A program made the position numbers and the translations under genes. 64,000 nucleotides of DNA from Candidatus Palauibacter irciniicola. Its GTDB lineage: Bacteria > Gemmatimonadota > Gemmatimonadetes > Palauibacterales > Palauibacteraceae. Location: contig VXWG01000053.1 of the NCBI GenBank assembly GCA_009836005.1, positions 45,722 to 109,721 of the forward strand. The letters run 5' to 3'. Every line of letters starts with the position of its first letter. The first letter of the stretch is position 1. The notes under the pieces are model-generated. The model searched no databases and was not told the origin of the DNA. It saw only the letters and a program-made list of their open reading frames with translations. Below, in pieces: positions 36,786 through 46,227 of this stretch.

Positions 36786-37901
36786 ATGGGTGCCTCGATC
36801 AGCAGCCTCGCGCAGAATGGCGACGCCCTGACGGCGGTCTGGAGCGACGGCGAACGCACCGATCTCCCCTACCTCTGGCTGCGGGACAACTGCGGCTGCG
36901 GCGAGTGCTGCGTGGAGCAGACCACGGAGAAACGGTTCCATGTCTTCCGCGTCCCCAGCGACCTGAAGCCGTCGAAGGTCGAGATCGAAGCCGCCGGATC
37001 CGACGACGAGGCGATTTCCATCGCGTGGCCGGACGGACACCGCACGCGCCACCGGTCGAGCGACGTCCGCGGCCTCCTGAGCCGGCCTCGTCTCGAGTTG
37101 CAGTACTGGGACGGGCAGTTCCAGCCGCGGAGGTTCAACTACCAGCGGTTCCTGGCGGACGACAGCGCGGCGGCGGAGTTGATCGAGGAGTTTCTGCGCA
37201 CCGGGGTCTGCGTGCTGGTCGACGCCCCCACCGAACCGGATTCGCTGGAGGAACTCGCGCCCCGGCTGGGTCCGGTCCGGGAGGTCCTGTTCGAGCGCAT
37301 CCACAACGTCAAGCTCGATCCGAAGGGATACAACATCGCGCACACGGCTCTGGCCGTCGGCGTGCACAACGACTTCACCAGCTACACGTGGCCCCCGAGC
37401 GTGCAGGCGTTGCACATGCTGGTGAACGAGTGCGAGGGCGGCGCGTCGACGGTCGTGGACGGCTTCGGCCTGCTCGAGGCGCTACGGAGCGAGCACCCGG
37501 ACAAGTTCGACGTGCTGTGCTCGGTGCAGGTGCCGTTCCGCATCTTCAGCGACGAATACGAGTGCTACGCGGCCAATCCCATGGTCGACCTCGACAGCGA
37601 CGGGGAGATCAGGATGATCCGCTTCAACACGGCGCAGATGCAGGCCGTTCCCCTGTCGGAGCCCCGGCTGGGCGAGTTCTATGCCGCCTACCACGAACTG
37701 TCGAGCCGCGTCAACGACCCCGGTGCCCAGGTGACCTTCCGGCTGGAGGGCGGGATGATCCTGCTGTGTGCCGGGCACCGCGTCCTCCACGGCCGGACCG
37801 AGATGGTGTCGAACGGGGCGCGCCACCTGCAGGACGCCTACTTCGAACACGACAACGTCCGCACCCACCTCAGGCTCCTCCGCCGCACCGGCCGCGCCTG
37901 A
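36786..37901 (+). CDS. Gamma-butyrobetaine-hydroxylase-like Fe(II)/2-oxoglutarate dioxygenase (TauD/TfdA fold) with an N-terminal Cys-rich DUF971-type domain
   Basis: N-terminus WLRDNCGCGECC (Zn-ribbon-like). The C-terminal TauD-like region contains HNDFTSYTW...D and HRVLHGR. Confidence 0.7.
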   Translation: MGASISSLAQNGDALTAVWSDGERTDLPYLWLRDNCGCGECCVEQTTEKRFHVFRVPSDLKPSKVEIEAAGSDDEAISIAWPDGHRTRHRSSDVRGLLSRPRLELQYWDGQFQPRRFNYQRFLADDSAAAELIEEFLRTGVCVLVDAPTEPDSLEELAPRLGPVREVLFERIHNVKLDPKGYNIAHTALAVGVHNDFTSYTWPPSVQALHMLVNECEGGASTVVDGFGLLEALRSEHPDKFDVLCSVQVPFRIFSDEYECYAANPMVDLDSDGEIRMIRFNTAQMQAVPLSEPRLGEFYAAYHELSSRVNDPGAQVTFRLEGGMILLCAGHRVLHGRTEMVSNGARHLQDAYFEHDNVRTHLRLLRRTGRA

Positions 37902-37953
37902 GAACCCGGGTCAGCCCAATGCACGGACCAATACCATGCCGAAGGAGAGTCTC

Positions 37954-38892
37954 ATGAAGAGTCCGGGCGATACGACACGCCGCGACTTCCTGTCTTGCCT
38001 GGCGGGGGCCGGCGCCGTGCTGGCTGCCCCGCGCGCCCTGTTCGGGAGCACGCCCCCGGTCCAGGAGACGCTTCCCACGCGCCCCATCCCGGGAACGGAG
38101 GAGACGCTGCCCATCGTGGGCTTCGGCTCCTCGAAGCCCGTGCTCGAGATCCCGACCGAAGGGACGGAGCCCGTGGCGAACGTGATCCGCATGCTCCTCG
38201 AGCATGGGGGCCGCGTCGTCGATACCTCGCCGCGCACGCCGGAGATCGACGCGGAGTTCGGCACGGTCCTGACGGCGCCGGAGTTCAGCGGCCGCCTCTT
38301 CGTCGCGACGAAGATCAACACGGACGGGGAAGCCTCGGGCATCGAACAGATGCGGCAGAACCAGCGGCTCGTCGGCAGCCGCACCCTGGACCTGCTCGAG
38401 GTCGAGAGCATGCGCGACCTGGAGGTGCACTGGCCCAACGTGCTCCGCTGGAAGGACTCGGGCGAGGCGCGCTACATCGGCGTCACCACGTCCAGCATCC
38501 CCCAGCACGAGGCGTTCGAGTCGTTCATGCGGACGCAGCCCCTCGACTTCGTGCAGGTCAACTACTCGGTGATGGAACCGAACGCGGAGGATCGTCTCCT
38601 GCCGCTCGCGCAGGATCTCGGGCTCGCCGTCCTCATCAACCGTCCGTTCATGAACGGTACCTACTTCCCCCGCGTGAGCGGACACGAGCTGCCCGAATGG
38701 GCGGCCGAGTTCGACTGCGCGAGCTGGGCGCAGTTCTCCCTCAAGTACATCCTCGCCCATCCCGCCGTGACGTGCGCCCTCACGGAGACGACGAATCCGG
38801 ATCACATGGCGGAGAACATCGGCGCTGCCTTCGGCCGCCTGCCGGACGAGGCCACCAAGCGCCGCATGCGGGAACTGGTTCAGGACTTCTGA
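37954..38892 (+). CDS. Aldo/keto reductase with a Tat signal
   Basis: Tat signal TRRDFLSCLAGAGAVLAAP. AKR fold (LLEHGGRVVDTSP, WKDSGEARYIGVTTSS). A GGAGAG ribosome-binding site sits 5 nt before the ATG at 37954. Confidence 0.7.
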   Translation: MKSPGDTTRRDFLSCLAGAGAVLAAPRALFGSTPPVQETLPTRPIPGTEETLPIVGFGSSKPVLEIPTEGTEPVANVIRMLLEHGGRVVDTSPRTPEIDAEFGTVLTAPEFSGRLFVATKINTDGEASGIEQMRQNQRLVGSRTLDLLEVESMRDLEVHWPNVLRWKDSGEARYIGVTTSSIPQHEAFESFMRTQPLDFVQVNYSVMEPNAEDRLLPLAQDLGLAVLINRPFMNGTYFPRVSGHELPEWAAEFDCASWAQFSLKYILAHPAVTCALTETTNPDHMAENIGAAFGRLPDEATKRRMRELVQDF

Positions 38893-38904
38893 GCCCTCGT
38901 CCGT

Positions 38905-39867
38905 TCAGCGGTCGGCCGGGATCTTTCCCCCGCAGAGGACGAGTTCGTCGTCGATCCAGACCGTGGGCGTGCGGTTGACGGCGTCGAAATGGGTTTTGGC
39001 GGAGACGGTGCCGCCGAGGTTGGCGGAGGTGCCGATGCCGATGTGGACGGTGCCGTTCACGCCCTCGTCGTTGAGCATCTCGCCGGTGAACTCGGTGCAG
39101 GCGGGATTCAGGCCGAAGGCGAACTGGGCGAGGTTGTAAACCCAGGGGTCGTCCTGTCTGGCCAGCAGGTCCGCGAGGAAGTCGGCCTGGTCGCCGCCCT
39201 CGATGTCGGTGACGAAGCCCTTCGAGACGCGGAACGTCACGGGTTCGCGGATCGGGCCCACGCCGTAGTACGGGATGCTCCCATCGCACACGAACACGCC
39301 TTCGGCGGTGCCCTGTGCCGGAGCGCAGTTCGCTTCGATGTTGGGGACGGCCGAGAAGCCGGGGCCGTCCAGCAGGCAGGCGTGGCTGTTCCCGGCGACG
39401 CCTTCGAGGCTCATGGTGAGATCGGTGCCGGCGGGGTTCGTCACCCGCAGGCGCTCGCCAGCCGTGAGCTTCGCCGCGATGGCGTCGCACAGCGGCTTGC
39501 GCGCTCGGAAGTCCGTGAACAGCCCGCCCTCGCGCATCATCCGCTCGGTGAACGCGGTCATGGAGAGAACTCGGGCTCCGGCGGCTATGGCCTCGCGGAC
39601 CGCGCGGGTGTGCGCCAGCGCCAGCGTCACGGGCAGGAAGGCGACGTCGGCGGCCGAGAGCGCCGCGGCCACCGCGGGTCCCGGCTCCTCGTTATCGATC
39701 GACCGCTCGGGCGGGACGACGATACTCGCGACGGCGCCGGCCTCTAGCGCAGCGTCGGCGACGGCCCGCGCGATCGCCATCCGCTCCGGATCCGTGACGA
39801 TGACCACGTCCTCAGCGGGCCGCACGTTGGCGCAGGTCCGCACCAGGATCTCCGCGCCTCGTCTCAT
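38905..39867 (-). CDS. M29 (aminopeptidase T/NicX)-like family protein, paralog 2 (tentative family)
   Basis: C-terminal EMLNDEGVNGTVHIGIGTS...KTHFDAV fits the E..E..H / HxD ligand pattern of Peptidase_M29. The ATG at 39867 overlaps the stop of paralog 1 (ATGA). Confidence 0.45.
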   Translation of the reverse strand: MRRGAEILVRTCANVRPAEDVVIVTDPERMAIARAVADAALEAGAVASIVVPPERSIDNEEPGPAVAAALSAADVAFLPVTLALAHTRAVREAIAAGARVLSMTAFTERMMREGGLFTDFRARKPLCDAIAAKLTAGERLRVTNPAGTDLTMSLEGVAGNSHACLLDGPGFSAVPNIEANCAPAQGTAEGVFVCDGSIPYYGVGPIREPVTFRVSKGFVTDIEGGDQADFLADLLARQDDPWVYNLAQFAFGLNPACTEFTGEMLNDEGVNGTVHIGIGTSANLGGTVSAKTHFDAVNRTPTVWIDDELVLCGGKIPADR

Positions 39868-40826
39868 GCCAGAACCTGCTTGGCGCGCTGGACGACGCGC
39901 CCGTCGACGGTGATGGTCGGTTCCCACATCAGCAGGTCGTAGTGGGTCGGGGCCACGATCTCGCCTCCGAGGGTATGGCTCGTTCCGATGCCGATGTGGA
40001 TCGTGCCCATGACGCCCTCGTCCTCGAGCATCTCTCCGGTGAGGCGGGCGTTCGGGTTCAGGCCGACGCCGAGTTCCGCGACGTTGAAGCAGTGCGGATC
40101 CCCGAAGGATTCCAGGTGCTCGCGCAGGAAATCGGCCTGCGGACCGCCGGCCATCTCCACGATGGCGCCTTCGCGCACGGAGCAGACGATGGGCTCCTCC
40201 AGGATGCCGATGCCGAGGTAGGGGACCGAGGCATCGAAGATGAGCGTGCCCTCGGCCGAACCGGTCACCGGCACGACGTTGACCTCGATGTCGGGGACGG
40301 GAGCGAGTTCTCCGGGATCGGGGATGTTGGTCAGCACGTTCGCGACGCGACCTGCGATCCCGAAGCGGAGATCCGTGCCGCGGGGTGAAGTGAGCCGCAC
40401 GGACTCGCCTTCCGTGAACGCCGCGCCGAGGCGGCGGCAGACATCGGCCTGCGCCTCGAAGTCGGTCTCGAGCAGGGCGGGGCTGGTCATGATCGCGTCG
40501 GTGTACGCCGTCATCATGCAGACGCGCGCGCCCGCCTCGAGGGCGGCCCGCATCGCGCGCGTGTGGGTGATCGAGATGCGCACGGGGGAGAAAATCACGG
40601 CGGCCTCGGCCATGGCCCGGGCGACCGGAGGGGGCGGCTCCTGCCCGTCCTGGTCCCGCATGGGAATAATGCACACGGTGACGTCGGCGCCGGCGTCGCG
40701 GGCGGCCGTGGCCACGGCATCCGCGTACCGCCCCATCGTCGGGTCCGCCACGATCACGACGACTTCACCCGGTCGCACCCGTCCGTTCACGTGCACGAGC
40801 CGCCGCGCGCCGGGCGAGAGATCCAT
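39864..40826 (-). CDS. M29 (aminopeptidase T/NicX)-like family protein, paralog 1 (tentative family)
   Basis: Co-linear with paralog 2 (EMLEDEGVMGTIHIGIGTS...PTHYDLL). Start is near MDLSPGARRLVHVNG. Confidence 0.45.
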   Translation of the reverse strand: MDLSPGARRLVHVNGRVRPGEVVVIVADPTMGRYADAVATAARDAGADVTVCIIPMRDQDGQEPPPPVARAMAEAAVIFSPVRISITHTRAMRAALEAGARVCMMTAYTDAIMTSPALLETDFEAQADVCRRLGAAFTEGESVRLTSPRGTDLRFGIAGRVANVLTNIPDPGELAPVPDIEVNVVPVTGSAEGTLIFDASVPYLGIGILEEPIVCSVREGAIVEMAGGPQADFLREHLESFGDPHCFNVAELGVGLNPNARLTGEMLEDEGVMGTIHIGIGTSHTLGGEIVAPTHYDLLMWEPTITVDGRVVQRAKQVLA

Positions 40827-40848
40827 CCCCGCCTCAGCCACGGCCCCG

Positions 40849-42036
40849 TCAGCCACGGTCCCTCGCGAAGAACTCATCGAAGCGGCCGTCGAAGATGATC
40901 GCGGTGTAGCCATCTCCGGTCGTGTTGGTCGCCGTGCGCAGCATGTCGGGGATGCCGCCGGAGAGCGCGATCCAGCTCGCGATGAACTCGCCCTGAGCCT
41001 GACCTTCCAGTCCCAGCATGCTCGCGAACAGCGTCGCGCTCCACAGCGCCGTCCCCATCCCGGCCGGGAGCCCGGGAGCCGCGATCGTGAACAGGACGAC
41101 GGCGGGCCACGCGGCGAGCATCATCATCCAGCTCAATTCCAGGCCGAACACGTAGCTGACGACGAAGGGTCCGTACGCGACGTAGGCCAGCGCGCTCGCG
41201 TCCAGGTTCGCGACGGCGCCGAACGGGAGGACGAAGTCGGCCACCTCGTCGCGGACACCGACCTTCTTCGCGTTCCCGAGGTTGACGGGGAGCGTCGCCA
41301 GCGAGGAACACGTGCCCGCGGCGAAGACCGCGGTGGGCACGTAGTACCCGCTCAGGACGGGCCCCACCGGCCGGCGTCCGACCCTCCGCACGAGCACGAA
41401 CGTGTAGAACGCCCACCAGATGAGGACGAGGGCGCCGGTGTAGGCGGCCATCGTCAGATAGTGGGAGAGCCCCAGGCTCGCGCCGAAGCGCACGCCCAGC
41501 GTGATCCCGAAGGCGAGGATGAGCGGGAGCATGACGTAGGCCAGCTTGCCGCCCGCCTTCTCGATCGAGTCGGCGACTCGTCGAAGTACGCGGTAGGTCG
41601 GATCGTGCCGGGCGCCGAAGGCTCCGAGCAGGACTCCGGCGAGGATCGCGAGCAGCGGCCAGGAGGCCCCGCCGTCGCCGAGGCTCCGCAGCATGGCCGC
41701 GGCTTCGGTCCACACCCCCCGGTCCCCGGTGGTCAGCGGGATGCGAAAGATCGTGGCGGAAGTCACGACGGCGATGAGCCCGGCGACCGTCGACGTGAAG
41801 ACGTACCAGAGGACGACCGCGCCGGCGAAGCGCCCGGCAAGCCCGCGACGAATCAGGGTCGCGATGGCCGGGCTGAGGGCCGCGAGGATCAGCAGCGGCA
41901 CGACGGCGACAACCCAGGCGATAAGCGTGCCCGTGGCGTCGGCCACCGGCGCCAGCGGCACGGGGAGGGACCCGCCGGCGGCCAGGCCCGCCACCAGCGC
42001 CAGCAGGGTCCACACATACGTCGGAACCCTGCGCAT
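40849..42036 (-). CDS. Dicarboxylate/amino acid:cation symporter (DAACS / GltP family)
   Basis: Begins MRRVPTYVWTLLALVAGLAAG with 8 or more TM helices and reentrant loops, including LPVNLGNAKKVG-type segments. ATG at 42036 by codon arithmetic. Confidence 0.75.
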   Translation of the reverse strand: MRRVPTYVWTLLALVAGLAAGGSLPVPLAPVADATGTLIAWVVAVVPLLILAALSPAIATLIRRGLAGRFAGAVVLWYVFTSTVAGLIAVVTSATIFRIPLTTGDRGVWTEAAAMLRSLGDGGASWPLLAILAGVLLGAFGARHDPTYRVLRRVADSIEKAGGKLAYVMLPLILAFGITLGVRFGASLGLSHYLTMAAYTGALVLIWWAFYTFVLVRRVGRRPVGPVLSGYYVPTAVFAAGTCSSLATLPVNLGNAKKVGVRDEVADFVLPFGAVANLDASALAYVAYGPFVVSYVFGLELSWMMMLAAWPAVVLFTIAAPGLPAGMGTALWSATLFASMLGLEGQAQGEFIASWIALSGGIPDMLRTATNTTGDGYTAIIFDGRFDEFFARDRG

Positions 42037-42199
42037 GACCCCCGGCGTCACTCCTCGGCGTGTCGGTGAACTCGGGCGCGCAACGTCTCGAAGCAGGGCG
42101 AGATGTTGATGGTGTTCATGGCGGAAGCGTAGTGTCTTCAGGAAAATGAAGGCAACGCCAAGCGCAGTCTGTATTGCCCCGCTAAGCCCGGAGGGCCCA

Positions 42200-43468
42200 A
42201 TGGATCGCCCGTCATCACCGCTCCCGCGCCGCCGCTTTCTCCACCTGACCGGTGCCGCCCTGGGCCTCGCCGCGACCTCCGGCTGCGCAACCGCCGGGAG
42301 GACGCGCAGTACGGGGGCCGGCCTGCTGTCTGCCGGTGCAGCCACGGACCGCACCTGGACTCCCGATCGCTTCGATCCGTGGATCGAACTCGACCGCGCC
42401 GCCTGGGCCCACAACGTCCGCGAGGCCGCGCGGCTGGCGGGCGGCCGCCCCATCCTCGCGGTCGTGAAGAACAACGCCTACGGCCTGGGGGATCGTGCGG
42501 TCGGGCCGCTCCTCGCCGGGATGCCCGAGGTGGGCGGCATCGCCGCCGTGCGCGCCGAGGAGGCGCTCGCCATGCGGGAGGCGGGCGTGACCAAGCCGAT
42601 CGTGGTCATGGCCGAGGGATCCGAGGCCGAGATCGAGGAGCTGGCGAGGCGCGACGTGCTCCCGTCCGTGTGGCTGGACGATGCGCCCGCGCGGCTGCGG
42701 AGCGTGTCCAGGCGACTCGGCCGTCCCGTGCCCGTCCAGCTCTTCATCGATACGGGGATGAACCGGGAGGGGATGCCGTACACCCGCGCCCGCGGCTGGA
42801 TCGAGGAGCTGGTGCAGAGCGAATACGTCGACGTGAACGGCACCTACACCATGTTCATTCACGATCTCGACTTCAATCGGGAGCAGCTCGCGCGCTTCGA
42901 GGAACTCCTCGCCTGGGCCCGCGGGAAGAACCTTCCCCTCGGCACCCTCCACGCTTCACCCTCCTTCGAGCTGTTCAACTTGCCCGAGGCGCACTACGAC
43001 ATGGTGCGTCCCGGGAACGCACTGTTCGGGAACCACCTTTCCGGCGGCGAGGGCGCCCGGGAGATGGCCGACCTCAGGCCCGTGTTTCGCATGAACGCGC
43101 GCGTGGTGCGGGTCGAACGCCTGGAGCCGGGCGACGGCGCGGGCTTCCGTCACACCTTCACCGCCGACCGGGCGACCTGGGTCGCACTGCTGCCGGTCGG
43201 CCGCACCGACGGCTATCCGTCCGAAGCAAACGGGACCTGCGAGGTGCTGATCAACGGCCGTCTGTATCCGGTCGCCGGAGGCGTCAACTCCGCGCACACG
43301 ATTCTCGACATCGGTCCGGAGAAGACGGTCGAGGTCGGCGATGTCGCGACCCTCATCGGCCCCGACCATCCATCCGTGCTTCCCCACACCGTCGCCGAGC
43401 GGACGGGCCGCGGCTTCCTCGGCATCATCCAGTCCATGAATCCGCGGCTCCCGAGACGGGTGGTGTAA
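42200..43468 (+). CDS. Alanine-racemase-family PLP enzyme with a Tat-lipoprotein signal (periplasmic racemase, BsrV-like)
   Basis: Tat plus lipobox PRRRFLHLTGAALGLAATSGC. PLP-Lys motif AVVKNNAYGLG and a C-terminal beta domain. A GGAGGG ribosome-binding site precedes the ATG at 42200. Confidence 0.75.
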   Translation: MDRPSSPLPRRRFLHLTGAALGLAATSGCATAGRTRSTGAGLLSAGAATDRTWTPDRFDPWIELDRAAWAHNVREAARLAGGRPILAVVKNNAYGLGDRAVGPLLAGMPEVGGIAAVRAEEALAMREAGVTKPIVVMAEGSEAEIEELARRDVLPSVWLDDAPARLRSVSRRLGRPVPVQLFIDTGMNREGMPYTRARGWIEELVQSEYVDVNGTYTMFIHDLDFNREQLARFEELLAWARGKNLPLGTLHASPSFELFNLPEAHYDMVRPGNALFGNHLSGGEGAREMADLRPVFRMNARVVRVERLEPGDGAGFRHTFTADRATWVALLPVGRTDGYPSEANGTCEVLINGRLYPVAGGVNSAHTILDIGPEKTVEVGDVATLIGPDHPSVLPHTVAERTGRGFLGIIQSMNPRLPRRVV

Positions 43469-43477
43469 GGCCCCTCC

Positions 43478-44770
43478 CTATCGGCAGCGCTCCACGATGG
43501 CCGCGATCGCGGTGTCGATCTCGTCGCGGGTGTTGAAGAAGTGGATGGATAGCCGGAAGTCGCGCTCCTCCCGGACGGGAGAGGCGAGGATCTCTTCGTC
43601 TTCGCGCAAGTCGCTGTAGAGCTGCGTGGCGTCGCACCCCTCCGGGAGTTGCACGACGAACACGCCCGAGCGGTCCGGGCGCGCCCGCGGAGACGACACG
43701 TCCAGCCCTTCCGTGCGGTCGACAATCTCGATCGCGTGGTCGACGAGCGACTGAATCCGGCCCTCGATCCTCTCCAGGCCGACATCCTCCATCCACGCCA
43801 CCGCGCGGGCGAAGCCGGCGAAGTCCGCCAGCGCTCGAGTGCCGAACTCGTACCTCGCGGCGCTGGGGAGCAGGGTGTAGGCACCCTCGTAGTCCATCGT
43901 CGCGTGGCTGTGGGAACCGGCCCAGCTGAGCTGCACGTCGTCCAGCATTTCGTGACGCACGAAGAGCGCGCCGGTGCCCTTTGGGCCGAGCAGCCACTTG
44001 TGGCCGCAGGTCGAATAGCCGTCGCAGCCGAGCGCGCGGAAGTCGGTCGCGACGCAGCCGGGGCCCTGTGCGCCGTCGAGGTGGTAGCGCACGCCGCGGG
44101 AGCGCAGCAGGTCGCCCAGTTCGGCGGACTCGTCGGTCCGCAGCGTCCGCCCGTTGTTCCGCGACACGTGACTGATACTCACCATCCGCGTGCGGTCGGA
44201 GAGTTGGCCGCGAACCTCGTCGATGAGTCCGGTGCCGGGGCTCAGGTCGATCTCGCGGATCGCGATCCCGAACCGGTCCCGCAGGACGTACCACGGGACG
44301 ACGTTGGCGGGGTGTTCCGTGTTGGAGATCACGACCTCGTCGCCCGGCTCCCAGTTCAGGCTCCAGGCGAGGATGGAGATCCCCTCGGAGGTGCTGTGCG
44401 TGAGCGCGACTTCCTCCGTCTCGGCCCCGAATACGCGCCCCAACTGCGCCCGCAGGTCGGGCTCGATCCGCGCCATCTCGTCCGAGATGCGGGGCTCGGC
44501 CGGACTCCGGTTCTGGAAGGCGAGCCGTTCATGGACGTGGTCGATGACGGCGTTCGGAGCGGGGCCGATCCCGCCCGTCTGGAAATAAAGGCTCTCCGTC
44601 GAGGCGGGGATCTCGGCGCGCGCGCGGGCCACCCAGGCTTCCTGCGGGCGACTCGAATCAGCGGGCCGGGAAGCCGGATCGGCCAGGGCGAGCCGCCCGA
44701 CGGGCACGATCGGGGCCAGCGCCAGCGCGCTCGCGGACCGGCGGAGGAAGTGGCGTCGACTCGTGTTCAT
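43478..44770 (-). CDS. Class V aminotransferase-fold PLP enzyme (cysteine desulfurase / isopenicillin-N-epimerase-like) with a Tat signal
   Basis: Tat signal SRRHFLRRSASALALAP. PLP-Lys motif STCGHKWLLGPKGTGALFV. ATG at 44770 by codon arithmetic; it overlaps the APC permease stop. Confidence 0.7.
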   Translation of the reverse strand: MNTSRRHFLRRSASALALAPIVPVGRLALADPASRPADSSRPQEAWVARARAEIPASTESLYFQTGGIGPAPNAVIDHVHERLAFQNRSPAEPRISDEMARIEPDLRAQLGRVFGAETEEVALTHSTSEGISILAWSLNWEPGDEVVISNTEHPANVVPWYVLRDRFGIAIREIDLSPGTGLIDEVRGQLSDRTRMVSISHVSRNNGRTLRTDESAELGDLLRSRGVRYHLDGAQGPGCVATDFRALGCDGYSTCGHKWLLGPKGTGALFVRHEMLDDVQLSWAGSHSHATMDYEGAYTLLPSAARYEFGTRALADFAGFARAVAWMEDVGLERIEGRIQSLVDHAIEIVDRTEGLDVSSPRARPDRSGVFVVQLPEGCDATQLYSDLREDEEILASPVREERDFRLSIHFFNTRDEIDTAIAAIVERCR

Positions 44771-46227
44771 TCCGGCTCCTCGTCGCTGAGGATGAGCCAG
44801 CGGAGCCTCCTGTCGCTCACCTCGCGGCGGAGGGGCGCGGCGGCGCGGTAGAAGACGAGCCCCAGCGCCGCCCAGACGACGAGGACGATCCACTCGGCGG
44901 GGATCCGGCCGCCCGCGCCATGGAAGGGTTCCCAGATCGAAGCTCCGAGCAGCCCCAGCGCGATGACGGCACTGAGAACCAGGAAGCCCCGGCCGCCGGG
45001 CACGGTGTAGGGACGTGGATGGTCGGGGCGCGTCTTCCGCAGCCGCAGGACGCCCAGCACGACGACGAGGAAGACGATCATGGCCGAGATCGCGGCGCCT
45101 CCGACGATGACGAGGATGGCGTTGCGGCCGAACAGCGCCCCGACGCTCCCCATGACGGCCACGAAGATGACCGCGGCGGACGGCGAGCCGTAGCGGTCGT
45201 GCACCCTGGCGAGGCGGTGGGGGATCATGTGCGCGCGAGCCATGGCGAAGACGATCCGCGTGGAGGCGAAGAAGATCGCGTTCCACGTCGTGATGAGTCC
45301 GCAGAGTCCGGCGAACAGCACGATCCGGCCCAGGAACGGCGAGCCGAGCGCGGCCTCGATCGCCGCCGCGGCCGGAAGCTCGGAGGCGAGCAGTTCCGCG
45401 CGGGGCATGCTCATGGCCGTCGCCAGAATCACGAGACAGTAGAAGACGAGCGCGAACAGGATCGAGGCACCCATGACGCGGGGCAGGAGCCGCAGCTTCG
45501 CGCCCTCCTCCACCTCCTCCATCGCCTGGGGAATCGTGTCGAAGCCGGCGAACCAGAACGCGGCGGTCCCGAGCACGATGCCCACGCCGACGAGGGCCGC
45601 CCCCGGCGTCGTCCCGCTGAACATGGGCTCCAGGTTCGCGACGCTGCCGCCCACGACCCCCGCGACGACGAAGATGAGGGTGAGGATGATGAGTCCGGCC
45701 GTCATCAGGTCCTGGAACCAGGCGGCCGTCTTTCCGCCGCGGTAGTTGATGAACGTGATCGCGGCCATCACGGCGAGTCCGAGGGCGAGGCTCCACAGCC
45801 GCACCTCCTGCCCCAGCAGCGTGTAGATGACCGGACCGCCGAACCCCGGGACGAGAGCCGACACGACCCATTCCACGGAGATCGCCTCGAAGGAGGTCGT
45901 GAAGATGTAGGAGAAGGCGAGGAACCACGCGGCGGCGAAACTCCAGCGCGCTCCCCACGCCTCGAACACGTACGCGACCTCGCCGCCGGTGACCGGGTAC
46001 GCGGCCGCCATCTCCGAGTAGCAGAGCCCGATCGCGAGAATGCCGAGGCCGCCGAGCACGAACGCGATGATGGCCCCGACCGCGCCGGCGCCGCTCAGCC
46101 ACGCCCCCATGACCGTGATCCAGCCGACGCCGATGATGGTGCCGAAGGCGAGCGAGAAGAGCGACCGGAGCCGGATCCCTCGCCCGAGTTCCTCGCGCCC
46201 GCCCTTTGCCCCCGGCTGGCCCGACAC
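44767..46227 (-). CDS. APC-family amino acid permease
   Basis: 12 TM helices with an N-terminal LFSLAFGTIIGVGW APC signature. A GTG start near 46227 overlaps the kce stop. Confidence 0.8.
   Translation of the reverse strand: MSGQPGAKGGREELGRGIRLRSLFSLAFGTIIGVGWITVMGAWLSGAGAVGAIIAFVLGGLGILAIGLCYSEMAAAYPVTGGEVAYVFEAWGARWSFAAAWFLAFSYIFTTSFEAISVEWVVSALVPGFGGPVIYTLLGQEVRLWSLALGLAVMAAITFINYRGGKTAAWFQDLMTAGLIILTLIFVVAGVVGGSVANLEPMFSGTTPGAALVGVGIVLGTAAFWFAGFDTIPQAMEEVEEGAKLRLLPRVMGASILFALVFYCLVILATAMSMPRAELLASELPAAAAIEAALGSPFLGRIVLFAGLCGLITTWNAIFFASTRIVFAMARAHMIPHRLARVHDRYGSPSAAVIFVAVMGSVGALFGRNAILVIVGGAAISAMIVFLVVVLGVLRLRKTRPDHPRPYTVPGGRGFLVLSAVIALGLLGASIWEPFHGAGGRIPAEWIVLVVWAALGLVFYRAAAPLRREVSDRRLRWLILSDEEPE

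Noticed and set aside
40240-42069. 609-aa plus-strand ORF
   Set aside because: Antisense to the DAACS symporter and M29-like genes. Low-complexity.
43478-46102. 874-aa minus ORF
   Set aside because: Only the last 430 aa (from MNTSRRHFL...) are a coherent Tat-PLP enzyme. The upstream part overlaps the APC permease in a different frame.
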